From assembly GCA_965235115.1 (NCBI GenBank), contig OZ249439.1, forward strand, positions 5,890,001 to 5,954,000: a stretch of DNA of 64,000 bases, written 5' to 3'. Position 1 is the first letter of the stretch. Each line of letters opens with the position of its first letter. The position numbers and the translations under genes are program-made. Source of the stretch: Laetmonice hystrix. Its lineage: Eukaryota. Of the stretch, positions 60,865-64,000 are shown piece after piece. The notes beneath the pieces are model-generated. The model searched no databases. It had not been told where the DNA came from and saw only the letters and a list, made by a program, of their open reading frames with translations.

Positions 60865-61940
60865 AAGGGAAAGGCAATCCAATATACGAATGGTTTTTAG
60901 AAACCAGTGCTCTTTATTACGCCGCATCTCAAAGTCATTAAGTACATACATTAAAGTAAGTCCTGTCATCGCTTGTTTACTTTTAAGATGCAAAGAGAGC
61001 TGAGATTGGGGTAATTAGTCACGTGAAGACTCGGTTGGCTGTGCTGTGTGGGTATCTGAACGGGTGTCTGATAGGGAGAGATTATATTTATCATTAGTGA
61101 TCCGCTAGCTGGGATCATCTCTTGATACAGTATTATTGGCATGTCATTGTTGTATATGACATTGTGGGGGAAGATTAAGTCACTCAAAGAGTTCTGAAGT
61201 TTTTCTGTAAGTCAAGTTAAGACCTTGAGGCTTGAACATCTCTCAAATAAAATAGGATCAACTTTCCAGGTCAGTGAGAAGATTCTGTTTTTGTAGTATA
61301 TATCAAAACTCTCCCGAACTTCTTTCTTAGCCTTAAAAATACCAACTTCGCAGTTTGGCGTGTTTTGCTACTAATGTACTGAATGTTTTGAAATATACCG
61401 TTCATTTACATATTGACTTTTAATGTCAGCACGCAGATTGGCGTTTCTTCCTATAGAAACCGATGTCTCGGCTCGGGAGAGATCTACCTACTTTCATTTA
61501 GTGCAAGCTAGCAGCATAATCCCTTCATAATCCGGCAGCCCTATCGCTTGTACCAAAAGCCGATCATATACGCTGTGACATTATTACAACGATGTATAGA
61601 ACGGTGAAGCGCCTCCCAAACGGCCCCTTTAAATATCTGAAACCTTGTGTCGGTATTAGTCCGTCCTTAATCCCGTGTACTTTCTACTCAATGGATAAAA
61701 AATTGTTACGGGACCCATGTCGCTAAGCTAGAGTCAAACAGATGTGACAAATTTACCGTGGTAACTCACTGCTGGTGTTAGATTATTCTACACTTTATTC
61801 TTTCTAGGAGTGATGTATGTATTGAATTTTGATGAAGAACGTTTTCTGTATTCAAATGGTAACAAAAAGGTAGAATCAGATACGGTCAGGATACGGTTAC
61901 ATTTCCATTTTCTTACAATATGGTTCTTTCTCCAGGAAAA

Positions 61941-62275
61941 TGGGGGGACCGGGGTGGCGCAGTGGTTAGAGCACGGGACCTTTGATCCAAGGGTCCTGGG
62001 TTCGATCCGCGGCCGCGCCGGACTTTCCTGCATAAGCAGTGCTGCCGACTGCTTTATCAAAGGCCGGCCGTGTCACGATACGTCTATGTGGAGGGGCACG
62101 TTAAAGATCCCTTGGCACCTATCGATAAGAGTAGGGGTTCGCCCCGATGCCAGGTTTCCTCCTATCATCTCATTATCACCCAATGGATTTCACCGACTGA
62201 GTTAGTTACCTTGTTCTCGCCCTGAAATAGCTGAAATACTGCTGACTGGGCGTTAAACACCAACTACTCACTCAC
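61941..62275 (+). mobile_element. tRNA-derived SINE, full length, 12-bp TSD
   Basis: A box TGGCGCAGTGG (61955-61965), B box GGTTCGATCC (61999-62008), non-tRNA body, (ACTC)n-like tail; TCTCCAGGAAAA duplicated at 61929-61940 and 62276-62287. Confidence 0.88.
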
Positions 62276-62795
62276 TCTCCAGGAAAACCAGTGTTTATTA
62301 TGCTCTGATTTCTGGATATAATCGCCGACATATAATCTTTTGAATGTGTTGCACATTTAAAAGCGACTTTCCGTCCTGTACTGTTTCAACCTTTGTTATG
62401 CAGTAAATGAAACGTGTTGTATGAGATGGACGACTGCACAGGAGAGACAAAGTTGTCGGTCACACATGACATGAAGGTATTATCCACTGAAAGACTGCAC
62501 CCTCTGCCCTGTTATTGACTCCCACTCAATACCAGTCGTATTTCAGGCAGCTAAAGTAGCTGATGTGTACGCCATGAGGATCACGTCATTCCAAATCTGG
62601 ATGACTGATGGATGATTCAAACTCGGCCACTGACTGCTTCCACCGGTGACTTCCAACACTTGACCAGACCAGTCGAGCGAAGGGTACTCCTTCATTCCCC
62701 TCGATCAGGCTGGACAACCCCCAATGTTGGTCAACGTTGTTTATGCTAATTTACCCCATAAACCGGAAGGGCTACATCACCGTGCTCATCCAAAA

Positions 62796-64000
62796 TGTAT
62801 GAAAACCCTGTGACATTGTGTTCGCCAGTAATAGGCGTCAGTTGGCCCGGGTGTATGTGCCAGGGTATGAAGTTAGTGGCTGACTTTAATGTATGAAAAC
62901 CCTGTGACATTGTGTTCACCCAGTAATAGGCGTCAGTTGGCCCGGGTGTATGTGCCAGGGTATGAAGTTAATGGCTGACTTTAATGTATGAAAACCCTGT
63001 GACATTGTGTTCACCCAGTAATAGGCGTCAGTTGGCCCGGGTGTATGTGCCAGGGTATGAAGTTAGTGGCTGACTTTAATGTATGAAAACCCTGTGACAT
63101 TGTGTTCACCCAGTAATAGGCGTCAGTTGGCCCGGGTGTATGTGCCAGGGTATGAAGTTAGTGGCTGACTTTAATGTATGAAAACCCTGTGACATTGTGT
63201 TCACCAGTAATAGGCGTCAGTTGGCCCGGGTGTATGTGCCAGGGTATGAAGTTAGTGGCTGACTTTAATGTATGAAAACCCTGTGACATTGTGTTCACCC
63301 AGTAATAGGCGTCAGTTGGCCCGGGTGTATGTGCCAGGGTATGAAGTTAGTGGCTGACTTTAATGTATGAAAACCCTGTGACATTGTGTTCACCAGTAAT
63401 AGGCGTCAGTTGGCCCGGGTGTATGTGCCAGGGTATGAAGTTAGTGGCTGACTTTTATGTATGAAAACCCTGTGACATTGTGTTCACCCAGTAATAGGCG
63501 TCAGTTGGCCCGGGTGTATGTGCCAGGGTATGAAGTTAGTGGCTGACTTTAATGTATGAAAACCCTGTGACATTGTGTTCACCAGTAATAGGCGTCAGTT
63601 GGCCCGGGTGTATGTGCCAGGGTATGAAGTTAGTGGCTGACTTTAATGTATGAAAACCCTGTGACATTGTGTTCACCCAGTAATAGGCGTCAGTTGGCCC
63701 GGGTGTATGTGCCAGGGTATGAAGTTAGTGGCTGACTTTAATGTATGAAAACCCTGTGACATTGTGTTCACCCAGTAATAGGCGTCAGTTGGCCCGGGTG
63801 TATGTGCCAGGGTATGAAGTTAGTGGCTGACTTTAATGTATGAAAACCCTGTGACATTGTGTTCACCCAGTAATAGGCGTCAGTTGGCCCGGGTGTATGT
63901 GCCAGGGTATGAAGTTAGTGGCTGACTTTAATGTATGAAAACCCTGTGACATTGTGTTCACTAGTAATAGGCGTCAGTTGGCCCGGGTGTATGTGCCAGG
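62796..64000. repeat. Satellite/minisatellite, 94/95-bp unit, >=12 copies, runs off the window end
   Basis: TGTATGAAAACCCTGTGACATTGTGTTCAC at 62796, 62890, 62985, ... Confidence 0.98.

Noticed and set aside
61945-62020. tRNA gene
   Set aside because: The anticodon and acceptor stems do not pair properly, and the tRNA-like head continues into a SINE body with tail and TSD.

Overview
Eukaryotic (invertebrate animal, most likely lophotrochozoan; inference) genomic window. The one confidently recognisable gene is a protocadherin on the + strand. A single ~3-kb exon (acceptor 51825/6, ATG 52125, donor 54830/1) encodes a signal peptide, 7 cadherin repeats, a TM helix and the start of the cytoplasmic tail; no downstream tail exon was recognised. 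By my hand tally about 40% of the window is about 30 mutually unrelated mini/microsatellite arrays (units 14-95 bp), which explain almost every long ORF in the track. Between them lie small non-autonomous DNA transposons with readable TIRs/TSDs: a TAY..RTA, 6-bp-TSD IS3EU-type element with a nested fold-back element, plus Kolobok-, Zator/Harbinger- and Tc1-like MITEs. One apparently young tRNA-derived SINE has a 12-bp TSD. No CRISPR array, rRNA or functional tRNA. I cannot establish a new biological system. The best leads are the de novo minisatellite landscape, the nested IS3EU/fold-back element, and the architecture and regulatory context of the protocadherin exon. Array boundaries and copy numbers were counted by hand and are approximate.
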